Positions 33,609 through 42,448 of a DNA stretch of 44,137 nt are shown piece by piece. Each line of letters begins with the position of its first letter. The first letter of the stretch is position 1. The position numbers and the translations under genes were made by a program. Source of the DNA: a virus; the IMG/VR virus record IMGVR_UViG_3300010370_000002; one strand, given 5' to 3'. The notes beneath the pieces are model-generated. The model ran no database searches and was not told the DNA's origin. It worked only from the letters and a program-made list of their open reading frames with translations.

Positions 33609-34591
33609 TGATTAAAGTTTTATCTTTATTTGACGGAATTTCAGGAGCAAGACAAGCTTTAAAGAATCTAAATATTGATTGTGAATATTATGCGTCAGAA
33701 ATTGACAAATATGCTATACAAGTAGCTAAAAAGAATCACCCTGATATTACACATATTGGAGATGTGAAAAACCTTATTTGTACTTTTGATAATTGGTTAT
33801 ACCCTAAAGATGCAAATGAGATTTTTGTTAATTTTGATTTATTAATTGGAGGAAGTCCTTGCCAAGATCTTTCAATAGCCAAAAACAATAGAAAAGGGCT
33901 TGATGGAGAGAGAAGCGGTTTATTTTATGAGTATGTAAGAATTTTAAAAGAATGCAAGCCAAAATTCTTTATTTTAGAAAATGTTGCGAGTATGAGTAAA
34001 GAATCTAAAGAATTAATATCAAAAGAACTTTTTAATATAGAGCCTATTTTGATTAATAGCTCTCTTTTGACGGCACAACAAAGAAAAAGATTATATTGGG
34101 TTGGAAAATTACAACAAGATGGTAGTTATAAAAAAATTGAAATATCGCAACCAGAAGATAAAGGAATTTTATTAAAAGATATTTTAGAAGACGGAGATAC
34201 AGAAAAACTAAAATCATATTGTATAACAGCAACATATTCCAGAGCTTGCCCTAAGGATTATTTTGAGCATGGTCAAAGACAGCTTGTATTTAAAAAGCCT
34301 GTCAAAGTTGGTCATTTTAATAAAAATGGTCAAGGAGATAGAGTTTACAGTTCAGATGGTAAATCAGTTTGCCTTAGTGCGAATGGTGGTGGAAGGGGTG
34401 CTAAAACTGGTTTATATGAAATAAAGAATATGGTTAGAAAATTAACACCAACTGAATGTGCTAGACTTCAAGGATACCCTGATTTCTATCATAATGGAAT
34501 TTCAAATTCTCAAGCTTATAAATGTTATGGAAATTCTTTTACAGTTCCAGTAATTAAACATATTTTACAACATTTATTTTTAGAGGTTTAG
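33605..34591 (+). CDS. DNA (cytosine-5)-methyltransferase, orphan
   Basis: 328 aa. Motif I LFDGISG, motif IV GGSPCQDLS, motif VI ILENV, QRKRLYWVG, TPTECARLQGYP, GNSFTVPV. Confidence 0.9.
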   Translation: MMIKVLSLFDGISGARQALKNLNIDCEYYASEIDKYAIQVAKKNHPDITHIGDVKNLICTFDNWLYPKDANEIFVNFDLLIGGSPCQDLSIAKNNRKGLDGERSGLFYEYVRILKECKPKFFILENVASMSKESKELISKELFNIEPILINSSLLTAQQRKRLYWVGKLQQDGSYKKIEISQPEDKGILLKDILEDGDTEKLKSYCITATYSRACPKDYFEHGQRQLVFKKPVKVGHFNKNGQGDRVYSSDGKSVCLSANGGGRGAKTGLYEIKNMVRKLTPTECARLQGYPDFYHNGISNSQAYKCYGNSFTVPVIKHILQHLFLEV

Positions 34592-34693
34592 TAGTAAAAA
34601 AAGAGTAAAAAAGACATAACAAAAGAGTAAAAACCCCTCTTAACCCAATAAAATCAAGCCTTCAGTTTTTTCGGATTTTTTTCAATAAATAAT

Positions 34694-34727
34694 AAAAAAG
34701 GGAAGCCCGCTATTGCTAAGACTTCCC
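34694..34727 (-). terminator. Rho-independent terminator of the late (minus-strand) operon
   Basis: On the minus strand: GGGAAGTC-loop-GGCTTCCC followed by TTTTTTATT, 45 bp after the last minus-strand gene. Confidence 0.5.
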
Positions 34728-34773
34728 AGTTCAATCAATAATTAAGATAATTATTGGTTTTTATTTTTCAATA

Positions 34774-35337
34774 CTAAAACGCATAGTTTGCGCTAATTGC
34801 AACGGCTCTTTCCATAAATATTTCTTTGGATTTAAAATAATAATCCATAGAAACGGAGAAATTATTGTCAATTAAATAGTAAATAGATGCTCCGGGAATA
34901 AGCATTGAGTTTTTCTTGCCACCTAACAAATTAGAGCCACTATAAATCTTTTCCTCGACCTGTACATTAGCCAAGTTAATTGTTGGCAAGAATTTTCCTA
35001 CTTGATAACCTAATCTAATAATATCAATTTTAGTATCAATTCTAGCGGTAGCTGGAAGCCCGCCTTGTCTAGTTAATACGTTAGCGGTTTGAGGTCTATT
35101 TAAAATTCTATTGGTTTGAGCAATCACATTAAATTTATCAACTTTTAATTGCAAACCAGTTTGTAAATCAAAATAGGTTTTAGTTTCAGTGATAAATTGA
35201 GGGTCTTGAATGTCTGGTGTCAATAATTGACCAGAGACCATAAAATTTACATCGAAGTCTTTAGTTATATTAATTGCATTTGCAGAATTTATTGCAAGCA
35301 AAGATAATAATAATTGTATAATAAATATTTTTTTCAT
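34774..35337 (-). CDS. Outer-membrane beta-barrel protein with signal peptide
   Basis: I prefer the ATG at 35337 (MKKIFIIQLLLSLLAINSANA signal peptide). Alternating amphipathic strands; C-terminal ...ISANYAF with a terminal Phe. Confidence 0.6.
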   Translation of the reverse strand: MKKIFIIQLLLSLLAINSANAINITKDFDVNFMVSGQLLTPDIQDPQFITETKTYFDLQTGLQLKVDKFNVIAQTNRILNRPQTANVLTRQGGLPATARIDTKIDIIRLGYQVGKFLPTINLANVQVEEKIYSGSNLLGGKKNSMLIPGASIYYLIDNNFSVSMDYYFKSKEIFMERAVAISANYAF

Positions 35338-35381
35338 TTTTTGTTTATGATTTGTTAATAAAAGGGTAGTGTGGTTAATCT

Positions 35382-35795
35382 CTATTTGCACCAATTTTTA
35401 TTTTTTTTATCGCCAAAATATGCAACAGCTAAATTTTTTTTAATTAATTCATCACCAACATTTAAATCATTGACAAATACTTTAGCGTCTATACGACCGC
35501 CGTATTTATCCCACTTAATATCGGTTATTTTTATAATTTTATTTTCAATAAGTTTTTTTGTTAATTCAGCTGCTTTTAAAGCTAAATCTTTTTCTTTTTT
35601 ACATTTACCCTTTTTTTCTGGCGTATCTATACCTAAGATTCTTACACTTAATCCTAACTCTCTAAGAATACTTGATTTTTCGCTTGTATCAATAACAAAA
35701 GTATCGCCATCAGTAACTCTAATTACTTTTTCAATAAAATAATTTTCAGCTTTGGCGGGTGATATTAATAGTAAGAAAATAAAGAATAAAATCAT
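35382..35795 (-). CDS. Secreted staphylococcal-nuclease-like (thermonuclease/SNase) protein
   Basis: VIRVTDGDTFVI...VRILGIDTPEKKG...DKYGGRIDAKVFV...LIKKNLAVAY are SNase motifs. The ATG at 35795 gives the signal peptide MILFFIFLLLISPAKA. The track start at 35837 is an alternative. Confidence 0.7.
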   Translation of the reverse strand: MILFFIFLLLISPAKAENYFIEKVIRVTDGDTFVIDTSEKSSILRELGLSVRILGIDTPEKKGKCKKEKDLALKAAELTKKLIENKIIKITDIKWDKYGGRIDAKVFVNDLNVGDELIKKNLAVAYFGDKKNKNWCK

Positions 35796-35796
35796 A

Positions 35797-36408
35797 TTAT
35801 TCAATGGTAATTTTGGATAAGTTAAACTCTTGGTCATTGTCGATTATGTTTAAAATTATCGGCTTTTTTTGAGTTATGTTGTAAAAATTATTAAAAGCCT
35901 TTGTACTATCAGCGAGCCAATATTTAAAACCATTAAAGTTTTTTACAAGTCTTGTTCCAAAAATAATACAGCCTTCAATATCATTGATAGAATTTCCAGC
36001 GTGCAGTCTTACGCCTTCTCTATTTTTAACTTTTAATACTAGGTACAAATCTTTTTTAAAACGTGGTGAATAGGTCATTTCGCATTTATAACGACCCGCT
36101 GGAATACAGCAAGATTCGTTTATGGTGGTGTTTGGTTTGTCGCTATAATTTGTCAAACCATTGAAATATTTTGGTCTTTCTAGTGTATAACAAATTGGTT
36201 TTTCGTAGTTTTTACACGCAAGAATAGAATCATTGCTTAAAGGATAATCATCAATTGTCGCTTTAAGTTTAATTTTTTGATAAAGCCTCCCAATTGTGGC
36301 ATCATTTCCTTGTTCAGTATAAAACCTGTACAAGTTAAATTCTAGCGGTTGTGATTTTTTTCTTATTTTATCTATTATCCACATTTTTTTCTGATTTAAA
36401 CCTTTCAA
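35797..36408 (-). CDS. Candidate endolysin: DUF5675-like / YkuD-like peptidase fold
   Basis: 203 aa. CCIPAGRYKCEMTYSPRFKKDLYLVLKVKNREGVRLHAGNSINDIEGCIIFG resembles the H...GN...GC core. Adjacent to the spanins. Confidence 0.4.
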   Translation of the reverse strand: MKGLNQKKMWIIDKIRKKSQPLEFNLYRFYTEQGNDATIGRLYQKIKLKATIDDYPLSNDSILACKNYEKPICYTLERPKYFNGLTNYSDKPNTTINESCCIPAGRYKCEMTYSPRFKKDLYLVLKVKNREGVRLHAGNSINDIEGCIIFGTRLVKNFNGFKYWLADSTKAFNNFYNITQKKPIILNIIDNDQEFNLSKITIE

Positions 36409-36655
36409 AACATTGTGTTTGCAAAGAGGATTCGATACACCCGCACTCTTTAATAGATTGTATTTGTATTAAAATTAATTTTATTGGTTTAAATTTTTGA
36501 TTGCCATATACTAACTCAGCATGTTTCCACGTTATATCTGGCAAATTCTCACAATAATTATTTGTCGCCAAATATTTGTTTGAGCAACCTATCGTCATCA
36601 TAATTAGTGCTAGACTCAATCCTTTTTTTAATAATTTCGACATTTTGTTTAACAT
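36368..36655 (-). CDS. o-spanin (Rz1-like outer-membrane lipoprotein)
   Basis: Signal peptide plus lipobox LIMMTIGC|S. The gene starts inside the i-spanin gene in another frame. Confidence 0.55.
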   Translation of the reverse strand: MLNKMSKLLKKGLSLALIMMTIGCSNKYLATNNYCENLPDITWKHAELVYGNQKFKPIKLILIQIQSIKECGCIESSLQTQCFERFKSEKNVDNR

Positions 36656-36836
36656 TTAAATTTTGATTTTTTACTTCTTCCTCGATTTTTTTATATTCAT
36701 CAATTTGTTGTACAAGTTTTTCAACTTCTTTGCATTTCCAATATAACAGAAGGCAAGCCATAATTAATAAAGTAATACGAGCAATTAGAATATATTGATT
36801 AAAGAAGTATTTTAATTTATAAATCAAATTTATCAT
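36558..36836 (-). CDS. i-spanin (Rz-like)
   Basis: 92 aa. N-terminal TM segment ILIARITLLIMACLLLYW followed by a charged coiled coil. Overlaps the lipoprotein gene by 98 nt. Confidence 0.55.
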   Translation of the reverse strand: MINLIYKLKYFFNQYILIARITLLIMACLLLYWKCKEVEKLVQQIDEYKKIEEEVKNQNLNVKQNVEIIKKRIESSTNYDDDRLLKQIFGDK

Positions 36837-37060
36837 TTTTTAAATAATCCTTTTATATCAATTATATTTGCACCTAAAATAGAAAGTTGCACGCCTGCAA
36901 CGAAAGGAATAAAGCCTGCGAGTAGGCGTACAACATCTCCTGTTATTTTTTCATCATGCACCATAGAAAACTTAAAAATTATTGTCAATACTAAAATTTC
37001 ATATAATAAGGCTAGTATAAATAATATTACTGAACCAACAATTTTAAGATTATTTTTCAT
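36833..37060 (-). CDS. Holin-like membrane protein (2 TM)
   Basis: 75 aa, two hydrophobic segments, basic C-terminus. Confidence 0.5.
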   Translation of the reverse strand: MKNNLKIVGSVILFILALLYEILVLTIIFKFSMVHDEKITGDVVRLLAGFIPFVAGVQLSILGANIIDIKGLFKK

Positions 37061-37367
37061 TTTTCATAATTTTTAAAATTAATTCCACAGAATTGACAAC
37101 ATTGTCAATCTTGTGGTTTACCTGCGTTATTTTCGCAAAGTTATCTAAATCTCTTTTTTGATTTTCCTTATCCATATTTTCCAGTTTTGTTTTTAAATCA
37201 GCGACAGTTGTTTTTAAATCTATATATTCATCTTTGGTTTTTTTGGTTTTGTACAATAGTTGTATTGCTTTTTTTAAGATAACAAAAGCAATCACTAATT
37301 TCACAACAATTGCGTAAAAACCTTCGCTTATGATTTGTTTTACAAGTTCCAAGAATTTAAAGTCCAT
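37050..37367 (-). CDS. Membrane-anchored coiled-coil protein (lysis cassette)
   Basis: 105 aa, one TM segment (FYAIVVKLVIAFVIL). Confidence 0.4.
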   Translation of the reverse strand: MDFKFLELVKQIISEGFYAIVVKLVIAFVILKKAIQLLYKTKKTKDEYIDLKTTVADLKTKLENMDKENQKRDLDNFAKITQVNHKIDNVVNSVELILKIMKNEK

Positions 37368-37605
37368 TTTTTAAAGCATTAAATTTTTGGTCAATGTATT
37401 CTTTTATTCTTGCTTCCGATGCGTTTATTTCGTTCTTAACGAAAATTCCCATATTTTCTTTGTTTTCGTAATCTTTTAGTTTAAAAAAATTTTTCGTGTT
37501 CTGTATTGCTAGATAAACAAAAAAACAAACAAATAACAATGAAAACTCTGGTGCTTGTTTCATTAAATTAAATATACTGATGAAATCCATTATTTTTTCC
37601 TCCAT
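37357..37605 (-). CDS. Small membrane protein (holin/antiholin candidate)
   Basis: 82 aa, TM segment PEFSLLFVCFFVYLAI. Confidence 0.4.
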   Translation of the reverse strand: MEEKIMDFISIFNLMKQAPEFSLLFVCFFVYLAIQNTKNFFKLKDYENKENMGIFVKNEINASEARIKEYIDQKFNALKNGL

Positions 37606-37976
37606 TTTCTACCACCGAATAAAACCACGGCAATATACATTGCCTTAGCTTTCCATGTAGGAACATTAAGACATCTTAATCCTTCGTAAAAAATAAAATC
37701 AGCATCACGGCGGGGCATATCAAAAGGACAAGATTTATTATATAAGAAATCATGTACAACGGCAATTTCTACACCTTTGTCAGTTGCAGAAAAAATAGAT
37801 TTAAATATAAAAGGAACGCTAAAACCATTGGTTATAAATCCAGCGGGTACAATGTAAGGGTTTGATAATTCCTGACCGCCGAAGGTGTGTTTATAAATAA
37901 AATCTTGTTCGACTTTAAAAACATCTTTTTTTATAGCGGAGAAAATTAATTTTGATTTTATTTCGCAGGCGTTCAT
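37590..37976 (-). CDS. DUF1353-family protein
   Basis: 128 aa. VPAGFITNGFSVP ... AVVHDFLY ... RRDADFIFYEGL ... AVVLFGG matches the DUF1353 pattern. Confidence 0.6.
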   Translation of the reverse strand: MNACEIKSKLIFSAIKKDVFKVEQDFIYKHTFGGQELSNPYIVPAGFITNGFSVPFIFKSIFSATDKGVEIAVVHDFLYNKSCPFDMPRRDADFIFYEGLRCLNVPTWKAKAMYIAVVLFGGRKWRKK

Positions 37977-37979
37977 TTT

Positions 37980-38732
37980 TTATTGAAAATTAATGTCAAT
38001 TTTATCAACTTCTTCGATAGTTTTAGCAGACAGTATTTGCTGTTCGATGATATCATAAAGTTTTTGACTTGTTATAACTCGATTAAAAATGTGCGAGAAA
38101 ATATTTTGAATGCTGTTAAAATCTAATAATATTGTAATGTCTTCACCATTAATTGTTTTGGTGCTGTAAGGAATGTTTAATTTCTCATTTATGTTAAAAT
38201 CAGAAGTTAAAGACAAATTATTTACTTTTGATTCTATTTCGTCATATATAAATAAATTTTTAGTATCGTCAGGAATTAATTTTATGTTTTCTAAAATTTT
38301 ACATAAAGTTTGAATATTTTCACATAATAATTTTATAGTAGATCTATTTTTTAAAAAAGAACCAACCGAAACAATAGTATCTGATGATCTTAATGAAGAG
38401 GTATCGCTAATTATAAAGACTGCATCTGTATATTTGATTGTTTCAAAATTTTGATTTATTTGTTTTACATTATGCAAAATATGAGGTTTTTGTAAAATTA
38501 AATTTAAATTATCTTTTAATTTAATGATTTTATCATTTTTCTTTCTTTCTAATATTTGCTCAAAAGTAAATTCCGGTTGAACATATCCGCCTTGTTCAAT
38601 ATATGCCCGAATATACGATAATTCTTGATTTGTTGGGTCATACGATGGGTTTCCTTCATATGGGATAAAAAACTGGTCGTTTAATTTATATCCTTTTAAA
38701 GATGTTAAATCTTGAACTGCTGTTATTTTCAT
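37980..38732 (-). CDS. Hypothetical protein downstream of the tail fibre (possible fibre accessory protein)
   Basis: 250-aa ORF; function inferred from position only. Confidence 0.3.
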   Translation of the reverse strand: MKITAVQDLTSLKGYKLNDQFFIPYEGNPSYDPTNQELSYIRAYIEQGGYVQPEFTFEQILERKKNDKIIKLKDNLNLILQKPHILHNVKQINQNFETIKYTDAVFIISDTSSLRSSDTIVSVGSFLKNRSTIKLLCENIQTLCKILENIKLIPDDTKNLFIYDEIESKVNNLSLTSDFNINEKLNIPYSTKTINGEDITILLDFNSIQNIFSHIFNRVITSQKLYDIIEQQILSAKTIEEVDKIDINFQ

Positions 38733-38734
38733 AT

Positions 38735-40654
38735 TTAATTATAATATTCGGTTACTTCAATATAGCCTGATCCACCAGCACCACCTGCATAGCCATTTGT
38801 TCCTGCTGTTCCTGCTGTTCCTGCTGCACCTACAGCATAAGAATATGTTGATGATGGTGAGGTTATAATTGCATCTACATAGCCACCAGCACCGCCTCCA
38901 GCTCCAGTAGCGTTAAGGCTAGTAGCATTTGTTCCTGCACCGCCTCCACCTCCGCCAGTGTTAGTTATTCCAGCAACCCCAGTTCCATTAGCAGGACCAG
39001 AAGAACCACCGCCACCTAATGGATTTTGACCACCTACAACTCCAATTTGATAGGATGATACTAAACTATAATTAGATCCACCACCAGTTCCTCCTGTTAG
39101 AACCGTTCCAATTGGTCCAGTTCCTAAAGAACCAGTACCACCATCACCTCCATTCAAACCTCCGGACGAAGAATACGTCCCACCAGTTCCTCCATTTGCA
39201 GTAATTAATGATGTTCCAAAAGTTGTGTTTCCACCATTTCCACCATTTCCACCTCCAGATGTTCCTGAACCTGAGCCACCACCGCCACCGCCTACGGCTT
39301 TAACGCGTATGTACAAAACATTGGCTGGTTTTGTATAAGTGCCCGAACCTGAGGTAAATTTTTGAATAGTTGGCGGTGTAAAACTAGCAAAACTTGGTAA
39401 TGAGCTTGCTCCATTTGATTTTAAATATTGACCGCTAGTTCCTGCACCAGCATTTTGCAAAGATCCGGTAGCTGTTGTTCCTGCACATACTACACCATAA
39501 GCAGTTGTTAAAGTTGTTAAACCCGTGCCTCCTTGAGGAACAGTAACTGCAGTATTATCAGTTAAAATTGTTGCACTAGCATTAGGTAATGTATAGGTTT
39601 TTTCTGTGGTAGTTGCACCTGTAAATTTTGTAAATCCATTTCCTGTGCCTCCAAAAGTTGAAGCAATAACTTGTGATAACGCCGCAGATCCATCAAAATT
39701 ATTTCCATAAATTGATCTTGCAGTTTGTAAAGTGGTTGCTGTTCCAGCATTACCAGTTATATTTGTTTGGTCGCCAGTGTTAGTTCCTGAAATTGTTGCA
39801 GAACTTGAAACAGTTAAATTACCAGATAAATCAATAGTTCTATCTACATCATTAACTTTTAAATTTAACGTCCGTGCCGCACTTAAAGTTTCATTTGGTT
39901 TTATGGTAAGCGCATTTGAAGTCGCCCCTTTAACCACTAAACCACTTTGATTTAATTGAATAGAAGTTATATCGGTGTTTGCTCCTGCTTCCGCTAGAGT
40001 GTAACTTTTATCTTGAAAAGTATATACTCTATTAGCAGTGTTAGCATGTGATGAAAATGTAGTATAATAACCACCATCATTTTTGTATTTAATATTTCCG
40101 TTGCTATCGGCAAATAAAGCTGAAAAGGCGGATGGGGGAGAGGCATCAGCAGATTGGTGTTTTAAATCAATATGTCCGTTACCAGCTGTTCCGTTTACTT
40201 GAAGTGCATTAACATCAACTTTACCAGCAACAATTAAGTTATCTGTTGTTTTATCATACGTTAAACCAGCATCTCCACCTATACTACCGCTATCATTAAA
40301 TTGGACTTGTGTATTTGACCCAGCGGCACTTGCGGTTATTGATAAATTACCAGATCCTAAAATTGAACTTGAATTTATTGTTTTAATATTTGTGCCAGAA
40401 ACTAAAGTATCTTGTTTTGCATTGAGGGCATTTTGAAGATCTGTTTGATTTGATAATGTTCCACCTATAGAACCCCATGACGAAGAATTGCTATCAACGT
40501 ACGATTTGGTAGCAGCTTGATTAGGCTCTGTTGGACTACCACTTAATATCAACGCACCAGTCATTGTGTCGCCTGCTTTTTTTACTGCTCCTATGTCATC
40601 AGCTGTAGGTTCGACACCTGACAAACCTTTGTAAAGGCTTGATAATCCTTTCAT
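38735..40654 (-). CDS. Tail fibre protein with glycine-rich C-terminal domain
   Basis: 639 aa. Ser/Thr/Gly/Asn-rich beta-type repeats. C-terminal third has GGGGGGSGSGTSGGGNGGNGG, GGTGG and GGGGGGAG runs. Confidence 0.7.
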   Translation of the reverse strand: MKGLSSLYKGLSGVEPTADDIGAVKKAGDTMTGALILSGSPTEPNQAATKSYVDSNSSSWGSIGGTLSNQTDLQNALNAKQDTLVSGTNIKTINSSSILGSGNLSITASAAGSNTQVQFNDSGSIGGDAGLTYDKTTDNLIVAGKVDVNALQVNGTAGNGHIDLKHQSADASPPSAFSALFADSNGNIKYKNDGGYYTTFSSHANTANRVYTFQDKSYTLAEAGANTDITSIQLNQSGLVVKGATSNALTIKPNETLSAARTLNLKVNDVDRTIDLSGNLTVSSSATISGTNTGDQTNITGNAGTATTLQTARSIYGNNFDGSAALSQVIASTFGGTGNGFTKFTGATTTEKTYTLPNASATILTDNTAVTVPQGGTGLTTLTTAYGVVCAGTTATGSLQNAGAGTSGQYLKSNGASSLPSFASFTPPTIQKFTSGSGTYTKPANVLYIRVKAVGGGGGGSGSGTSGGGNGGNGGNTTFGTSLITANGGTGGTYSSSGGLNGGDGGTGSLGTGPIGTVLTGGTGGGSNYSLVSSYQIGVVGGQNPLGGGGSSGPANGTGVAGITNTGGGGGGAGTNATSLNATGAGGGAGGYVDAIITSPSSTYSYAVGAAGTAGTAGTNGYAGGAGGSGYIEVTEYYN

Positions 40655-40734
40655 AAATATATAAATGTTTAGTCTATTCTACATTTACTCAGGAATAATA
40701 TTGATTATTAATGTTTTAGATAAATATTCAACAA

Positions 40735-41049
40735 CTATTTTAATTCTTGAAACATATTTTCAAAAAATGTGTGCCATTTGCTACTAAGTTTTTCTTGAGA
40801 AGATGGAATACCAAAAGATGCACCAGTTGTATTATAACTTTTTTCGAAAAAATTATACCAAATTTTATTAATATTTTTATTTTTATCAACTATGGGTTCT
40901 AAAACATTAGGTAAACCAATGTCTATTGCATAATCGGTTTTTATTACTGTTTTAATTTGTTGAAAAAAAGTATTCCATTCTGGCTTTATCATGCCGTTGG
41001 CTTCAACTGGCTGGATATTGTTTGGTATATTAATCATTTTCTGTTTCAA
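40735..41049 (-). CDS. Hypothetical tail-associated protein
   Basis: 104-aa ORF overlapping the end of the hub gene. Confidence 0.4.
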   Translation of the reverse strand: MKQKMINIPNNIQPVEANGMIKPEWNTFFQQIKTVIKTDYAIDIGLPNVLEPIVDKNKNINKIWYNFFEKSYNTTGASFGIPSSQEKLSSKWHTFFENMFQELK

Positions 41050-42448
41050 TTTCTACAAAACAACCAACAATTACAAATTTAGTTGGCTCACTGTAGTTTA
41101 ATTTTGCTATAAAAGAACGACCTTGTCCTATTTGCGTCCAAAATATTTCAGTCAAATAAGAACCTTCTGTTCCTACTGGTTGCCATAATTCATTACTAAA
41201 TGTTTTACCACCATCTATAGAAAATTTTCCCATAATTTGCGGATTTTGACCCTGACCAGTTGCTATTCCAACGCCTGTTTCCATACAAACTATAAATCTT
41301 GACATTGTCATTCTTGCAAAATTTTTAAACAATGTTGTTCCAATAACCTCTCTTTTAATTACTGCACCGTTTTCAGTATATAAATTGTCCTTTAATTCAT
41401 ATATAACGCCCGTTTCAAAGTCTCCAATTAAATTTTTATTATTAAAATTTATACAACAATTTGCTTTCCATCTACCACTTTTTCCTGCATTGTTAATGCT
41501 TTCCCTTTCGTGCCATAATTCTGTTGAAATATCATATTCCCAAGTTTTATTTGCCGTTGGAAAAGTAATGCAATAAAATTTGTGTCCTCCTAAAATATAA
41601 GTAAAAGCTATAGCATCATTTATTACTGCATATTCTTTAATTTCCTGCGATATTGGAAAAGTAGATATTTGTTTTAATTGGTATCCTATAGTTTGGTAAA
41701 TTATGCCATCATTACCTAAGAAAAAATATGAATTATCAAGAGTAGCTATTGAGTGTTTGGAAGCACAACCTTTTTCAATATAAACACCTTCTTTTCTTTG
41801 AAATAAAGGACTTCCTGATCCAGTATTATAATATACCTGAATTATGTCTTCTTTAAAAAACCAAAGTTCTAAATTATTTTGATAAACTCTAACAATTTTT
41901 GATGAATTAGCCTCAACAGTTGCCGCATTTAAAGCATTCCAATTTTCTGTTGCATTAACATTTGACCATTGAAATTCATTTGAATCTATTAAGGCAGATA
42001 TAGTAAACCCGTCAAGTGTTGTTATTGAGCCTGAATTGTTAAAATCTCCATCTGTTATTTGTAATAATGAGCCTGCAGAACTTGTACAATAATAAGTGAT
42101 ACCGCTTGGGAGTTGTATTGTAACTTGAGTTCCATTGTCAGTCATAATAACTTGTCCTACTTGACTTGTTATTTCACCAATTAAAGTTGTTGTTTTGCTT
42201 GTGTCTACTTTAAAAACTTTGTTTCCTGCAACAACAAATAAATCTCCAGCCATTACGTGCATTCCGTAAATAGGCAAAGAAACTGCAGTATCTAACCAAA
42301 CATCAAATCCTGCTGTTCCTAACACCATATTTGGAAATGCACTGGTTTGAGGTGTTATTTCAGCATAACAATTAACTAACCGCTCTGCAGAAACTAAACC
42401 ACTTTTGCTTTTATATGAATTTACGCCAAAATGTATTTGTTGTATCAT
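41030..42448 (-). CDS. P22 gp10-like tail hub protein
   Basis: 472 aa (P22 gp10 is also 472 aa). N-terminus MIQQIHFG...LVNCYAE...GTAGF and C-terminus ...FSIDGGKTFSNE...FVIVGCFVEIE parallel P22 gp10 MPIQQLP...LPVNMLA and ...TLSGCQIRLE by eye. Confidence 0.55.
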   Translation of the reverse strand: MIQQIHFGVNSYKSKSGLVSAERLVNCYAEITPQTSAFPNMVLGTAGFDVWLDTAVSLPIYGMHVMAGDLFVVAGNKVFKVDTSKTTTLIGEITSQVGQVIMTDNGTQVTIQLPSGITYYCTSSAGSLLQITDGDFNNSGSITTLDGFTISALIDSNEFQWSNVNATENWNALNAATVEANSSKIVRVYQNNLELWFFKEDIIQVYYNTGSGSPLFQRKEGVYIEKGCASKHSIATLDNSYFFLGNDGIIYQTIGYQLKQISTFPISQEIKEYAVINDAIAFTYILGGHKFYCITFPTANKTWEYDISTELWHERESINNAGKSGRWKANCCINFNNKNLIGDFETGVIYELKDNLYTENGAVIKREVIGTTLFKNFARMTMSRFIVCMETGVGIATGQGQNPQIMGKFSIDGGKTFSNELWQPVGTEGSYLTEIFWTQIGQGRSFIAKLNYSEPTKFVIVGCFVEIETEND

